Origin: an uncultured Planctomycetota bacterium
Lineage (GTDB): Bacteria; Planctomycetota; PLA2; JAEUHO01
Assembly: GCA_963752285.1 (NCBI GenBank)
Contig: CAVVXN010000005.1
Coordinates: 576,001 to 640,000, forward strand
Reading direction: 5' to 3'
Length of the DNA stretch: 64,000 nt
In this document: one piece after another, positions 1 to 9,586 of the stretch
How positions within the stretch are numbered: the stretch's first letter is position 1
How the letters are laid out: each line of letters begins with the position of its first letter
Made by a program: the position numbers and the translations under genes
The notes under the pieces: generated by a model
The model's database searches: none
What the model saw: only the letters and a program-made list of their open reading frames with translations
Told to the model about the DNA's origin: nothing

Positions 1-234
1 GGGTTCACCGACGAGGGGGTGCACGAGGTGGCGCGCGTCGCGGCCCGTGCGAACGCCCAGCACGAGAACATCGGGGCGCGCCGCCTCGGCACCGTGCTCG
101 AACGGGTCCTCGAGGAGGTGTCCTTCGACGGGGACCTCCGCCGGGGGAAGAAGGTGGTCGTGGACCGGGACCTCGTCCAGGGGCGAACCAAGGACCTCCT
201 GGCCGACCAGGATCTCGGTCGCTACGTGCTCTGA
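1..234 (+). CDS. hslU: ATP-dependent protease ATPase subunit HslU (C-terminal fragment, runs off window start)
   Basis: Frame 1 reads GFTDEGV...ENIGARRLGTVLERVLEEVSF...DQDLGRYVL*, the characteristic HslU C-terminus (ENIGARRL; DLSRYIL-like end). Confidence 0.93.
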   Translation, partial: GFTDEGVHEVARVAARANAQHENIGARRLGTVLERVLEEVSFDGDLRRGKKVVVDRDLVQGRTKDLLADQDLGRYVL

Positions 235-344
235 CCGTACGGAGCCGCCTCGCCCGTTCGTGCTCGAACGCGCGGCGGTCGCTCCCGCCGATCCGGTTCG
301 CGCGTGGGGAGCGAGGCACCGTGGGGCCGGATAGCATGCCCGAC

Positions 345-2159
345 ATGAAGACGCGGTACCGAACGCACACCTGTGGAGAGCTCCGTCGCGGCGACGCGGG
401 AAAGCGCGTCCGCCTCGCGGGCTGGGTGCATACCGTTCGCAGCCAGGGCGGCGTGCTCTTCGTGCTCGTCCGAGACCGGTACGGCGTGACGCAGGTGACG
501 TTCCGCGGCGACCTCGCGCCGGAGCTCCTCGCCGAGGCCCAGCGCCTCGGGAACGAATGGGTCGTCGCCGCGGAGGGCACGGTCCGCGTGCGGCCCGACG
601 AGGCCCTCAACCCGAAGATGCCGACCGGCGAGATCGAGGTCGAGGCCGCGGGTCTCGAAGTCCTCTCGGAGGCCCGCGTACCGCCGTTCCTCCCCGACGA
701 GCACGCGGAGGCGGGGACCGAGGTCCGTCTCCGGCACCGCTACCTCGACCTCCGGCGCGCGCGCATGCAGGAGGTGCTCCGGGAGCGGGCGCGGATCGTC
801 TCGAAGATCCGCGCGCACCTGGAGGCGCACGGCTTCACCGAGGTCGAGACGCCGATCCTCACGCGCTCCACGCCGGAGGGCGCGCGCGACTACCTCGTGC
901 CGAGCCGCGTCCGGCCGGGGACGTTCTTCGCGCTGCCGCAGAGCCCCCAGCTCTTCAAGCAGATCCTCATGGTGTCGGGTCTCGACCGCTACTACCAGGT
1001 GGCGCGGTGCTTCCGCGACGAGGATCTCCGCGCCGACCGCCAGCCCGAGTTCACGCAGATCGACGTGGAGGCCTCGTTCGTCTCGCCCCAGGACCTGTTC
1101 GACGTCTTCGAGCCGATGGTCGCCGAGCTCCTCCGCACGTACCGCGGCCACGACGTGGAGCATCCGCTCCCGCGTCTCACGTGGGAGGAGGCGACGTCGC
1201 GGTTCGGGACGGACCGTCCCGACCTCAGGAACCCCCTGGAGCTTCGCGACGTGACGGCCGCCGCCGCCCGCCTCGAGTTCGCTCCGTTTCGCGAGGCGGC
1301 GGCCGCGGGCGGCGTCGTGAAGGCGCTCGTCGCCCCCCAGGGCGGCGCGCTCTCCCGCAAGGAGGTCGAGGCCCTCGACCAGGAGGCGAAGGCCCAGGGC
1401 GCGCCGGGCCTCGCGTGGGCGAAGACGGGCCCGGAGCCGACCGGCGGGATCGCCCGGTTCCTCAAGTCCGAGGCGGGCGCCGCGCTCGTGGCGGAGGCCG
1501 GCGCGGGCGCGGGCGACCTTTTGCTCCTCGCCGCGGGCTCTCCGTCGATCGTCCACAAGGCGCTCGGGATGGCGCGACTCGCGCTCGGCGAGCGCCTCGG
1601 GCTCGTGGACCGCTCGCGCTCCGCGCTCCTCTGGGTGCACCGGTTCCCGCTCGTCGAGTGGAACGCCGACGAGGGCCGCTTCGACGCGCTCCACCATCCC
1701 TTCACGAGCCCCGTCCCCGCCGACGTAGACCGCCTCGTCGCGCTCGCCCGGCGCGGGGTGTCCGAGGCGGACCGGGCCGAGGTCGAGGGACTGCGCGCGG
1801 AGGCGTACGACCTGGTGCTCGACGGGGTCGAGATCTGCGGCGGGAGCATCCGCATCCACCGCGAGGACGTCCAGTCGGCCGTCTTCGACCTCATCGGGAT
1901 CTCGCGCGAGCGCGCGGAGCAGCGCTTCGGATGGTTCCTGCGGGCGCTCGGCTACGGGACGCCGCCGCACGGCGGCGCGGCGTTCGGGCTCGACCGGCTC
2001 GTGATGCTCCTGCTCGGCGAGACGTCGATCCGCGAGGTGATCGCGTTCCCGAAGACGACCCAGGCGGTCTGTCTCATGAGCGAGGCGCCCTCGACGATCG
2101 ACCCCGCCCAGCTCGACGAGCTCCGGCTCCGGATCGTGGACCGCGCGCCGCCCGCCTGA
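345..2159 (+). CDS. aspS: Aspartate--tRNA ligase
   Basis: N-terminal YRTHTCG OB-fold, TPEGARDYLVPSR, LPQSPQLFKQ, CFRDEDLRADRQPEFTQID, PPHGGAAFGLDR. Start at ATG 345 (alternative ATG 336). Confidence 0.97.
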   Translation: MKTRYRTHTCGELRRGDAGKRVRLAGWVHTVRSQGGVLFVLVRDRYGVTQVTFRGDLAPELLAEAQRLGNEWVVAAEGTVRVRPDEALNPKMPTGEIEVEAAGLEVLSEARVPPFLPDEHAEAGTEVRLRHRYLDLRRARMQEVLRERARIVSKIRAHLEAHGFTEVETPILTRSTPEGARDYLVPSRVRPGTFFALPQSPQLFKQILMVSGLDRYYQVARCFRDEDLRADRQPEFTQIDVEASFVSPQDLFDVFEPMVAELLRTYRGHDVEHPLPRLTWEEATSRFGTDRPDLRNPLELRDVTAAAARLEFAPFREAAAAGGVVKALVAPQGGALSRKEVEALDQEAKAQGAPGLAWAKTGPEPTGGIARFLKSEAGAALVAEAGAGAGDLLLLAAGSPSIVHKALGMARLALGERLGLVDRSRSALLWVHRFPLVEWNADEGRFDALHHPFTSPVPADVDRLVALARRGVSEADRAEVEGLRAEAYDLVLDGVEICGGSIRIHREDVQSAVFDLIGISRERAEQRFGWFLRALGYGTPPHGGAAFGLDRLVMLLLGETSIREVIAFPKTTQAVCLMSEAPSTIDPAQLDELRLRIVDRAPPA

Positions 2160-2320
2160 CCGCGGCCCCCCCGCGCGAGGCGCCCCCCTCCGACCCGGGG
2201 CCCCGGGAACGGATCCGACGCGCCCGGCCCGCCGCGCGGCAGCCGCCGCGAGGCCGGATACCTTGGTGGGCTCCCCTTCGGCCGCCCGGCGCGGCCCCGA
2301 CCCCGAGAGGAAGCCCTTCC

Positions 2321-4240
2321 ATGTCCCCGGTCATCCACCTCCGCCTCCCCGACGGCTCCACCCGCGACGTGGCCGCCGGCACGACGGCGCGCCAGGTGGC
2401 CGAGGGCATCGGCAGCCGTCTGGCGAAGGCGGCCGTGGCCGCGAAGGTGGACGGGGCGGTCGTGGAGCTGGACCGGGCGCTCGGGCACGACGCGGACGTC
2501 CGGATCCTCACCGCGAAGGACCCCGAGGCGCTCGAGGTCCTGCGCCACAGCGCCGCGCACCTGCTCGCGATGGCCGTCCTCGACCTGTTCCCGGGCACCG
2601 ACCTCGGGTTCGGGCCCGCGACCGAGGACGGCTTCTACTACGACTTCAAGACTCCGACGCCGATCACCGAGGACGACCTCCCGCGGATCGAGGCGCGCAT
2701 GCGGGAGATCGCGAAGGAGCGGCGTCCGTACGCCCGCGTCGAGATGGACCGCGCGGCCGCGAAGCAGCGTCTTCGCGAGATCGGATACGAGCTGAAGGTC
2801 CCGCACGTGGACGAGATCCCCGAGGACACGATCTCGTTCTACGACTCGGCGCCGTTCACCGACATGTGCGAGGGCCCGCACGTACCGGACACCTCGTGGC
2901 TCGAGCACGTTCGGCTGTTCTCGGTGTCGGGCGCGTACTGGCGCGGCGACGCGTCGGGCGTGCCGATGCAGCGCGTGCGCGGGACCGCGTACTTCGACGC
3001 GAAGTCGCTCGACGCCCACCTGCGGCGCATCGAGGAGGCGAAGCTCCGCGACCACCGGCGCATCGGCCGCGAGATGGACCTCTTCTCGCTTCACGAGGAA
3101 GGGCCCGGCTTCCCCTTCTGGCACCCGAAGGGCAGCATCCTGTGGAACCAGGTCGAGGGCCTCCTCCGGAGCGAGCTCCGGCGTCGGGGCTACGGCGAGG
3201 TCCGCACGCCGATCCTGCTCTCCGACGACCTCTGGAAGCGGTCCGGGCACTACGACCACTTCCGCGAGAACATGTACTTCCTCGACATCGAGGAGCGTTC
3301 CTACGCGGTCAAGCCGATGAACTGCCCCGGCGCGTGCCTCGTGTACGCGAGCCGCCCGCACTCGTACCGCGAGCTCCCGCTGCGCCTGGCCGAGTTCGGG
3401 CACTGCCACCGGAACGAGTTGTCCGGCGTCCTGCACGGTCTCGTGCGCGTCCGCGCCTTCACGCAGGACGACGCCCACGTGTACTGCGCGCCCGACCAGC
3501 TCGAGGCCGAGGTCCGCGACATGATCGACATGACCCGGGTCGTGTACGAGGCCGCGGGGTTCGGCGCGCCCGCGGCCCGCCTCGCGACCCGGCCCGAGAG
3601 CTCGCTCGGCGAGCCCGCCGACTGGGAGCGCGCGGAGGCCGCGCTGGCCCAGGCGCTCGATCACGAGGGTTTCGAGGGTCGATGGAGCCTGGCGCCCGGC
3701 GAGGGCGCGTTCTACGGCCCGAAGATCGAGTTCCACGTGACCGACGCCCTCGGCCGCTCCTGGCAGTGCGGCACCGTGCAGATCGACTTCTCGATGCCGA
3801 AGCGGTTCGGCCTGGAGTATGTCGGCCAGGACGGCGGGCGCCACACCCCCGTCATGATCCACCGCGCCGTCCTCGGCTCGATGGAGCGGTTCATCGGCAT
3901 CCTGGTCGAGCACCACGCCGGGAAGTTCCCGGTCTGGCTGGCGCCCGTGCAGGCGAAGATCCTGCCCATCACCGGCGCGGAAGACGCCTATGCCGAGGAG
4001 GTGGCGAGCCGCCTCCGCGCCGCGGACCTGAGGGTCGAGACCGACCTCAGGAGCGACAAGATCGGGGCCAAGATCCGGGACGCGACGCTGGAGCGCGTCC
4101 CCCTGATGCTCGTCGTCGGGAAGCGGGAGGCGGCGGAGGGCAAGGTTGCCGTCCGGCTGCGTTCCGGGGAAGATCTGGGCCCCATGGGTCTCGACGAGCT
4201 CACCGGTCTGGCACACGAGATGATCCGTGCGCGCCGGTGA
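2321..4240 (+). CDS. thrS: Threonine--tRNA ligase
   Basis: TGS domain, RHSAAH and CEGPHV editing motifs, RDHRRIG, KPMNCP, FTQDDAH, GEGAFYGPKI, WQCGTVQ, HRAVLGSMERF. Confidence 0.97.
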   Translation: MSPVIHLRLPDGSTRDVAAGTTARQVAEGIGSRLAKAAVAAKVDGAVVELDRALGHDADVRILTAKDPEALEVLRHSAAHLLAMAVLDLFPGTDLGFGPATEDGFYYDFKTPTPITEDDLPRIEARMREIAKERRPYARVEMDRAAAKQRLREIGYELKVPHVDEIPEDTISFYDSAPFTDMCEGPHVPDTSWLEHVRLFSVSGAYWRGDASGVPMQRVRGTAYFDAKSLDAHLRRIEEAKLRDHRRIGREMDLFSLHEEGPGFPFWHPKGSILWNQVEGLLRSELRRRGYGEVRTPILLSDDLWKRSGHYDHFRENMYFLDIEERSYAVKPMNCPGACLVYASRPHSYRELPLRLAEFGHCHRNELSGVLHGLVRVRAFTQDDAHVYCAPDQLEAEVRDMIDMTRVVYEAAGFGAPAARLATRPESSLGEPADWERAEAALAQALDHEGFEGRWSLAPGEGAFYGPKIEFHVTDALGRSWQCGTVQIDFSMPKRFGLEYVGQDGGRHTPVMIHRAVLGSMERFIGILVEHHAGKFPVWLAPVQAKILPITGAEDAYAEEVASRLRAADLRVETDLRSDKIGAKIRDATLERVPLMLVVGKREAAEGKVAVRLRSGEDLGPMGLDELTGLAHEMIRARR

Positions 4241-4363
4241 GCGGACGTTCCGCCGCCGTGTCCCGCGGTCCGTCGCGGGGGGCGTCGCGCGAAACCGTCC
4301 GGCTCGGCCCGGAGGACCCGGCCCGCGTGGGGCCGGGACACGTGTCCACGAGGAGGTATCCCC

Positions 4364-4900
4364 ATCCGTCGCCGTTTCGACAGAAGCATGCCCCGTGAGC
4401 TGGGGCCCCGCGTCAACGAACGCATCACGATCCGTCAGGTCATGCTCATCGACCACGAGGGCAAGAAGGTCGGCGTCACCGACACCGGCCAGGCGCTCGA
4501 CATGGCGCGCGAGGCCGGGATGGACCTGGTCGAGGTCGCCCCGAACGCGCGTCCGCCCGTGGCTCGCATCATGGACTACGGGAAGTACAAATACGAGCAG
4601 AGCAAGAAGGCGCACGAGTCGAAGAAGAAGCAGCACCAGTCCAAGCTGAAGACCGTGCGCCTGCGTCCGAAGACCGACCCGCACATGCTCGAGATCCGCG
4701 TGGAGAAGTCGCGGGAGTTCTTGATGCGCGGGGACAAGGTGCAGGTGATGATCCTGTTCCGCGGCCGCGAGATGGCGCACCAGGAGCTCGGCATCGCCCA
4801 CTGCCGCGAGGTCGCGAAGCGCCTCGACGACATCGCGAAGGTCGAGCAGGAGCCCCGCCTCGAGGGCCGGCGCATGATGATGCTGCTCTCGCGCCGCTGA
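4364..4900 (+). CDS. infC: Translation initiation factor IF-3 (probable AUC start; first ATG at 4388)
   Basis: RVNERI, DLVEVAPNARPPVARIMDYGKYKYE, GDKV..FRGRE. Perfect SD AGGAGGT at 4351-4357 lies 6 nt before an in-frame ATC at 4364. Confidence 0.95.
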   Translation: MRRRFDRSMPRELGPRVNERITIRQVMLIDHEGKKVGVTDTGQALDMAREAGMDLVEVAPNARPPVARIMDYGKYKYEQSKKAHESKKKQHQSKLKTVRLRPKTDPHMLEIRVEKSREFLMRGDKVQVMILFRGREMAHQELGIAHCREVAKRLDDIAKVEQEPRLEGRRMMMLLSRR

Positions 4901-5130
4901 GGGACCGGGCCCGCGCCGCCCGACCGGTCACGAGCGCGAGAGCGCGCACGCTCCCGACCCGCGACGGGGGGACGCGGGACGGGTGGGGGGGCCCGCCGGT
5001 CCCGCGGGCCGGCCCCCGGCCGCCGGTCCTTGCCCCGGCCCCGGGACGCGAGCGCGAGCGCGTTCTCGTGCTCGTGGGAAGGGGGTTCCCCCAGGTCCCG
5101 CACGGCTCGCCCCGGCGGCTGGTTCCCACC

Positions 5131-5158
5131 TTGACGGGGCCCCTTTGCTCGCTACCTT
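5131..5158 (+). promoter_or_regulatory. Putative sigma70 promoter for rpmI-rplT
   Basis: TTGACG-N16-TACCTT, about 65 nt upstream of the rpmI start. Confidence 0.55.
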
Positions 5159-5222
5159 CGCCCCTTCGCGCTCGATCCGGGCGCACACCCGCCCGGTGCG
5201 TTCGATTCCAGGCCAAACCGCC

Positions 5223-5420
5223 ATGCCCAAGCTCAAGACCCGGAAGTCGATCGTGAAGCGCTTCAAGCTCACGAAGACGGGGAAGGTCCTGCCCTACGGC
5301 CGGGCCAACACCAGTCACATCATGAGCAAGAAGAACGCGAAGCGCCGGCGTCGGCTGAGGGCCCCGCGGGTCGTCAGCAACGCCCAGGCGAAGATGATCC
5401 GCCGGCAGCTCGGCGGCTGA
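5223..5420 (+). CDS. rpmI: 50S ribosomal protein L35
   Basis: MPKLKTRKSIVKRFKLTKTGKV...HIMSKKNAKRRRRLR; located between infC and rplT. Confidence 0.96.
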   Translation: MPKLKTRKSIVKRFKLTKTGKVLPYGRANTSHIMSKKNAKRRRRLRAPRVVSNAQAKMIRRQLGG

Positions 5421-5440
5421 GCCAGGGACCCGAGGATCGC

Positions 5441-5791
5441 ATGGCCCGCGTCACGAACACCCCCGTCCGCCTCGCCCGGAAGCGCCGGCTCATGAAGGCC
5501 GCGAAGGGGTTCTGGGGCGCCCCCGGTCGCCAGTACAAGGTCATGAAGGAAGCGGTGCACCGCGCGTGGGCCTACGCCTACGTGGGCCGTCGCCGCAAGA
5601 AGCGCGACTTCCGCCGGCTGTGGATCCTGCGGGTCGGCGCGGCGAGCCGCGCGCGGGGCGTCCCGTACAGCCGGTTCGTCCACGGCCTGTCCAAGGCCGG
5701 GGTGGAGCTGAACCGCAAGGTGCTGTCCGAGATCGCGATCCGCGACCCGAAGGCCTTCGACCAGCTCGTCCAGGTGGCGAAGGGCGCGTAG
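5441..5791 (+). CDS. rplT: 50S ribosomal protein L20
   Basis: MARV...AKGFWG...YAYVGRRRKKRDFRRLWI..YSRFVHGL..LNRKVLSEIA. Confidence 0.97.
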   Translation: MARVTNTPVRLARKRRLMKAAKGFWGAPGRQYKVMKEAVHRAWAYAYVGRRRKKRDFRRLWILRVGAASRARGVPYSRFVHGLSKAGVELNRKVLSEIAIRDPKAFDQLVQVAKGA

Positions 5792-5894
5792 GCGGCCGGG
5801 CGCCGGGCCGGCAGCGTCCGCTCGCGGCGGCCGTCCGCTCGCGCCGCGCGGTCGGTCCCGTAGACTCCGGGGCCTCGAACCGCGGAGGGCAGGC

Positions 5895-6896
5895 ATGACC
5901 GACGAGATCCAGGCGCTCGAGCACGCCGGGCTCGCGGCGATCGAGGGCGCAGAGGACCCCGACGCGGTCCGCGGGGCCCTCGGCGACGTCCTCGGCCGGA
6001 AGGGCCGCCTCCAGGAGGTCCTGCGCACGATCGGGCGGCTCCCGCCCGCGGAGCGGGCGGCCGTCGGCCGCGCGGCGAACGAGGCCAAGACGCGGCTCGA
6101 GCACGCGGCCGACCAGCGGCTGGCCGCGTTGCGCGCGGCGCGCGAGGCCGACCTCGCCACGACCGAGTGGGTGGACCCGACGCTTCCCGGCACCCGGCGC
6201 GGCGGAGGGAGCGCGCACCCGGTGAGCCAGGTCTGCCGCGAGGTCGAGGACGTCTTCCTCGGCATGGGCTTCGAACTCGCCGAGGGCCCCTGGGTCGAGG
6301 ACGAGTGGCACAACTTCGAAGCGCTGAACGTGCCCGCTGACCATCCCGCCCGCGACCTCCAGGACACGTTCTGGACGAAGGACGGGAACCTCCTCCGGAC
6401 GCACACGAGCCCCGTGCAGCTCCGACTGATGAAGCGGGGCCGTCTGCCGATCCGCAGCGTCGCGATCGGACGCGTCTTCCGCAACGAGGCGACCGACGCC
6501 ACCCACGAGCACACCTTCCACCAGGTGGAAGGGCTCATGGTGGACCGCGAGGTGACCGTCGGGCACATGGTGTACGTGCTGAAGGCGTTCGTCGGAGAGG
6601 CCTTCGGGCGCGAGCTCGACGTCCGGCTGCGCCCCGCGTACTTCCCGTTCGTCGAGCCCGGGTTCGAGCTGGACGTCGCGTGGGGAAAGGGCTGGCTCGA
6701 GCTCCTCGGCTGCGGCCTCGTGCACCCGCGCGTGCTCGAGATGGGGGGGATCGACCCCGCGCGGTACTCCGGCTTCGCCTTCGGGATGGGCCTCGACCGG
6801 CTCGTCCTCCTGCGGTACGGGGTCGAGGACATCCGGCACCTCATGGGGCAGGACCTCCGCTTCCTCCGGCAGTTCGGAGCGGGGGTCGTGTCGTGA
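5895..6896 (+). CDS. pheS: Phenylalanine--tRNA ligase alpha subunit
   Basis: NFEALNVPADHPARDLQDTF, LRTHTSPVQ, DATH..FHQVEG, YFPFVEP, GFAFGMGLDR. Confidence 0.97.
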   Translation: MTDEIQALEHAGLAAIEGAEDPDAVRGALGDVLGRKGRLQEVLRTIGRLPPAERAAVGRAANEAKTRLEHAADQRLAALRAAREADLATTEWVDPTLPGTRRGGGSAHPVSQVCREVEDVFLGMGFELAEGPWVEDEWHNFEALNVPADHPARDLQDTFWTKDGNLLRTHTSPVQLRLMKRGRLPIRSVAIGRVFRNEATDATHEHTFHQVEGLMVDREVTVGHMVYVLKAFVGEAFGRELDVRLRPAYFPFVEPGFELDVAWGKGWLELLGCGLVHPRVLEMGGIDPARYSGFAFGMGLDRLVLLRYGVEDIRHLMGQDLRFLRQFGAGVVS

Positions 6897-9340
6897 GGCT
6901 CTCCACGCGTTGGCTCGAGGAGCTGGTCGGCCTCGGCGGAGCCTCGCCCGAGGCGATCGCCGCGATGCTCACCTTCCACACCGCGCACGTCGAGTCCGTG
7001 GACCGTGTGGGACGCGGGCTCGCGGGCGTGCTCACCGGGAAGGTGGTCGCCGTCCGGCCGCACCCCAACGCCGATCGTCTGCGCCTCTGCACCGTCGAGA
7101 CGGGCGTGCGCCCGACGCAGGAGGTCGTCTGCGGGGCGCCGAACGTGGCCGAGGGCCAGGTCGTCTGCTTCGCGCCGGAGGGCACCACGCTGCCCGGAGG
7201 TCTCGTCCTCTCCCGGCGCAAGATCCGCGGCGTGGAGAGCGCGGGCATGATCCTGGCCGAGGACGAGATGGGACTCGGCGCGAGCCACGAGGGCATCGTG
7301 GTGCTGCCGCCGGGTACCCCGGTCGGCATCCCGGCGGGCGAGGCGCTGGGGCTCGCCGACGACGTGCTCGTGGTGGACAACCCCGACATCACGCACCGGC
7401 CGGACCTCTGGGGCCACGTCGGATGGGCGCGCGAGGTCGGCGCCCTCCTCGCGCGGCCGTTCGAGCCTCCGCCGGCCGCGGCCGCGGACGCCGCCTTCGC
7501 GGCGGCGACGGGCGACCCGTTCCCCGTCTCGATCGAAGACGAGGAGGGCTGTCGGCGGTACGTGGGCGTCCTCCTCGAGGGGCTCGAGAACGGACCGTCC
7601 CCCTGGGCCCTGCGTGGCCGGCTCGAGGCCCTCGGCCTGCGCTCCGTCTCGCTCCTCGTGGACCTCTCGAACCTCGTGATGCTCGAGCAGGGCCAGCCGG
7701 TCCACGCCTTCGACGCGCGGGACCTCGAGGGCGGACGCATCGTGGTCCGCGCGGCGCGCGACGGCGAGAGCATGACGACCCTCGACGGCGTCGTCCGCCG
7801 CCTCGACCCCGGCGACCTCGTCATCGAGGACGGCGCGCGCCCCGTGGCCCTCGCGGGCGTCATGGGGGGCGAGAACAGCGAGGTGCGGTCGGACACGACC
7901 ACGCTGCTCCTCGAGGCCGCGAGCTTCGACCCCGTGCGCGTGCGCCGGACGGCGACCCGCCTGGGGCTGAGGACCGAGGCGAGCACGCGTTTCGAGAAGG
8001 CGCTCGACCCCGAGGCCGCGTGGGCCGCGGCCCGCCGGTTCACCGAGCTGGTGCTCCGACACGTCCCCGGCGCGCGCGTCGCACGTCGGGTGGCCGACGC
8101 GTACCCGTGCCCGGCGGTGACGCCGCGGATCCTCCTCCCGTACGACCTGCCCCGACGCCGGCTGGGCATCCGGATCAGCGACGCCGAGGTGCGTGCGAGC
8201 CTTCTCGCGCTGGGCTTCGGCGTGGAGGAACGGGGCGACGCGCTCGCCGTGGACGTTCCCACGTGGCGCGCCACGAAGGACATCCAGGTCGCGGAGGACC
8301 TCGTGGAGGAGGTGGGGCGCGTCCACGGCTACGAGCACGTCCCGGCGGTACCGCCCGTCGGTGCGCTCGAGCCGACGCGTCCGTCGATAGCGCGGAGGCT
8401 CGAGCGCCGTGTCGAGGACCTCCTCTCGCGCGACCTCGCGTACGCCGAGTCGAAGTCGTACTCGTTCTACGGTCCCCGCGACGTGGAGCGCCTGGCCCTC
8501 GGCGCCGTGCGCCACGTGGAGATCCAGAACCCCAACACCGACGAGCAGGACCGCCTGGCCGTCACCACGCTGCCCGCCATGCTCCGTTTCGTCGAGCGGA
8601 ACGTGGCGCGGGAGGCGACCGGGCGCACCTGGGAGTCCACACGTCTCTTCGTCCCGTCGCCCGACGGCCGGCTTCCCGACGAGGTACGGGTCGTCGCGCT
8701 GGCCACGTGGAGTCGCGAGGGCGCGGAGGGGCCGGACGGCCGGCTCTTCCTCGACCTCCTCGAGGACGTCCGCGCCGTTCTCCGCGCGGGCCCGGTCGCC
8801 GAGGTCCACGTCCGCGAGGCCGACGACGACGCCTGCCTCGCAGAGGGCCTCCCCCCGCCGCGGTGGCTCCACCCGGGTCGCCGCGCGGTCGTCGAGGCCC
8901 GCGGCCGGCGCCTCGCGATCGCCGGCGAAGTCGCGCCCCGGGTGCTGCGGGCCTTCGAGATCCCCGGGCGGGTCGCCGTGGCCGAGATCTCCCTCGACCG
9001 GATGGGCGAGGTCCTGGAGGAGGTCGGCGCGTCGTACCGCCCCATCCACCGCTACCCCGTCGTCCCGTTCGACGTCGCGGTCGTCGTCCCGCGCCGGACG
9101 CCCGCGGGGCGCGTCGAGAGCGTGATCCGCGAGGTGGACCGCGCGCGGGTCCGGCGCGTGCGGGTCTTCGACGTGTACGAGGGGCCCAGCATTCCCGAGG
9201 GACACCGATCGCTCGCGTTCTCCCTGGAGCTCCTGGATCCGGAGGGCACGCTCGAGCCGAAGCAGGCCGACCGGCTCCGCCGGCGCGTCGTCGAAGCGGT
9301 GGAGCGCGAGGGCTGGACCGTCCGCACCGCCGACGCGTAG
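6893..9340 (+). CDS. pheT: Phenylalanine--tRNA ligase beta subunit
   Basis: GTG overlapping the pheS stop (GTGA); HPNADRL, VCGAPNV, ALAGVMGG, TEASTRFEK, EDLVEEVGRVHGY, C-terminal FDVYEG..SLAF domain. Confidence 0.96.
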   Translation: MRLSTRWLEELVGLGGASPEAIAAMLTFHTAHVESVDRVGRGLAGVLTGKVVAVRPHPNADRLRLCTVETGVRPTQEVVCGAPNVAEGQVVCFAPEGTTLPGGLVLSRRKIRGVESAGMILAEDEMGLGASHEGIVVLPPGTPVGIPAGEALGLADDVLVVDNPDITHRPDLWGHVGWAREVGALLARPFEPPPAAAADAAFAAATGDPFPVSIEDEEGCRRYVGVLLEGLENGPSPWALRGRLEALGLRSVSLLVDLSNLVMLEQGQPVHAFDARDLEGGRIVVRAARDGESMTTLDGVVRRLDPGDLVIEDGARPVALAGVMGGENSEVRSDTTTLLLEAASFDPVRVRRTATRLGLRTEASTRFEKALDPEAAWAAARRFTELVLRHVPGARVARRVADAYPCPAVTPRILLPYDLPRRRLGIRISDAEVRASLLALGFGVEERGDALAVDVPTWRATKDIQVAEDLVEEVGRVHGYEHVPAVPPVGALEPTRPSIARRLERRVEDLLSRDLAYAESKSYSFYGPRDVERLALGAVRHVEIQNPNTDEQDRLAVTTLPAMLRFVERNVAREATGRTWESTRLFVPSPDGRLPDEVRVVALATWSREGAEGPDGRLFLDLLEDVRAVLRAGPVAEVHVREADDDACLAEGLPPPRWLHPGRRAVVEARGRRLAIAGEVAPRVLRAFEIPGRVAVAEISLDRMGEVLEEVGASYRPIHRYPVVPFDVAVVVPRRTPAGRVESVIREVDRARVRRVRVFDVYEGPSIPEGHRSLAFSLELLDPEGTLEPKQADRLRRRVVEAVEREGWTVRTADA

Positions 9341-9388
9341 CCCGCGGGGGAGAGCGCGCCACCGCCGGGGGGCGCGGTACACGCGAAA

Positions 9389-9571
9389 GCCCGCCGACGG
9401 GAGTCGGCTGCGGATCCGGCTGAGCCCGACGTTCAGGTGGGCTCGCCCGCGACGCGTTCGAGTCTGCAAGGCCGCCCGAGGGCGGAAGCGGGCTCTAGTT
9501 CGCCGACAGGGGGGAATCCGTGTTCGAGATATCGGCTCAGGGACGCTGGGCCGACACCCGTTCGGCGGGAC
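9389..9571 (-). ncRNA. ssrS: 6S RNA
   Basis: Minus strand contains CCCTGAGCCGATATCTC (E. coli 6S CCCTGAGCCGATATTTC) and CACCTGAAC..GGGCTCAG. The ends (CCCGCCGA..CGGG.GTCGGC / GCCGAC.CCCG.TCGGCGGG) form a closing stem; ~183 nt; extended -10 directly upstream. Confidence 0.85.
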
Positions 9572-9577
9572 AATGGA

Positions 9578-9586
9578 ATTCTAGCA
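9578..9586 (-). promoter_or_regulatory. Extended -10 promoter of 6S RNA
   Basis: TGcTAGAAT on the minus strand, 6 nt before the predicted 6S 5' end. Confidence 0.7.

Noticed and set aside
2160..2320. Possible T-box or riboswitch upstream of thrS (also pheS)
   Set aside because: No T-box consensus or specifier stem seen; the leaders are short.
557..4240. Apparent 1227-aa ORF containing ThrS, and similar merged ORFs for hflX (18944), yajC (27081), rarA (53936) and the XPB partner (57053)
   Set aside because: The upstream extensions are off-frame read-through of neighbouring genes; the true starts are internal, so these are not fusions or frameshifts.
222..9469. Very long antisense and alternative-frame ORFs (e.g. 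5315-9469 minus, 1952-4801 minus) and similar ones throughout the window
   Set aside because: Shadow ORFs caused by stop-codon scarcity at very high GC; R/A/G/P-rich translations without motifs, overlapping well-supported genes.
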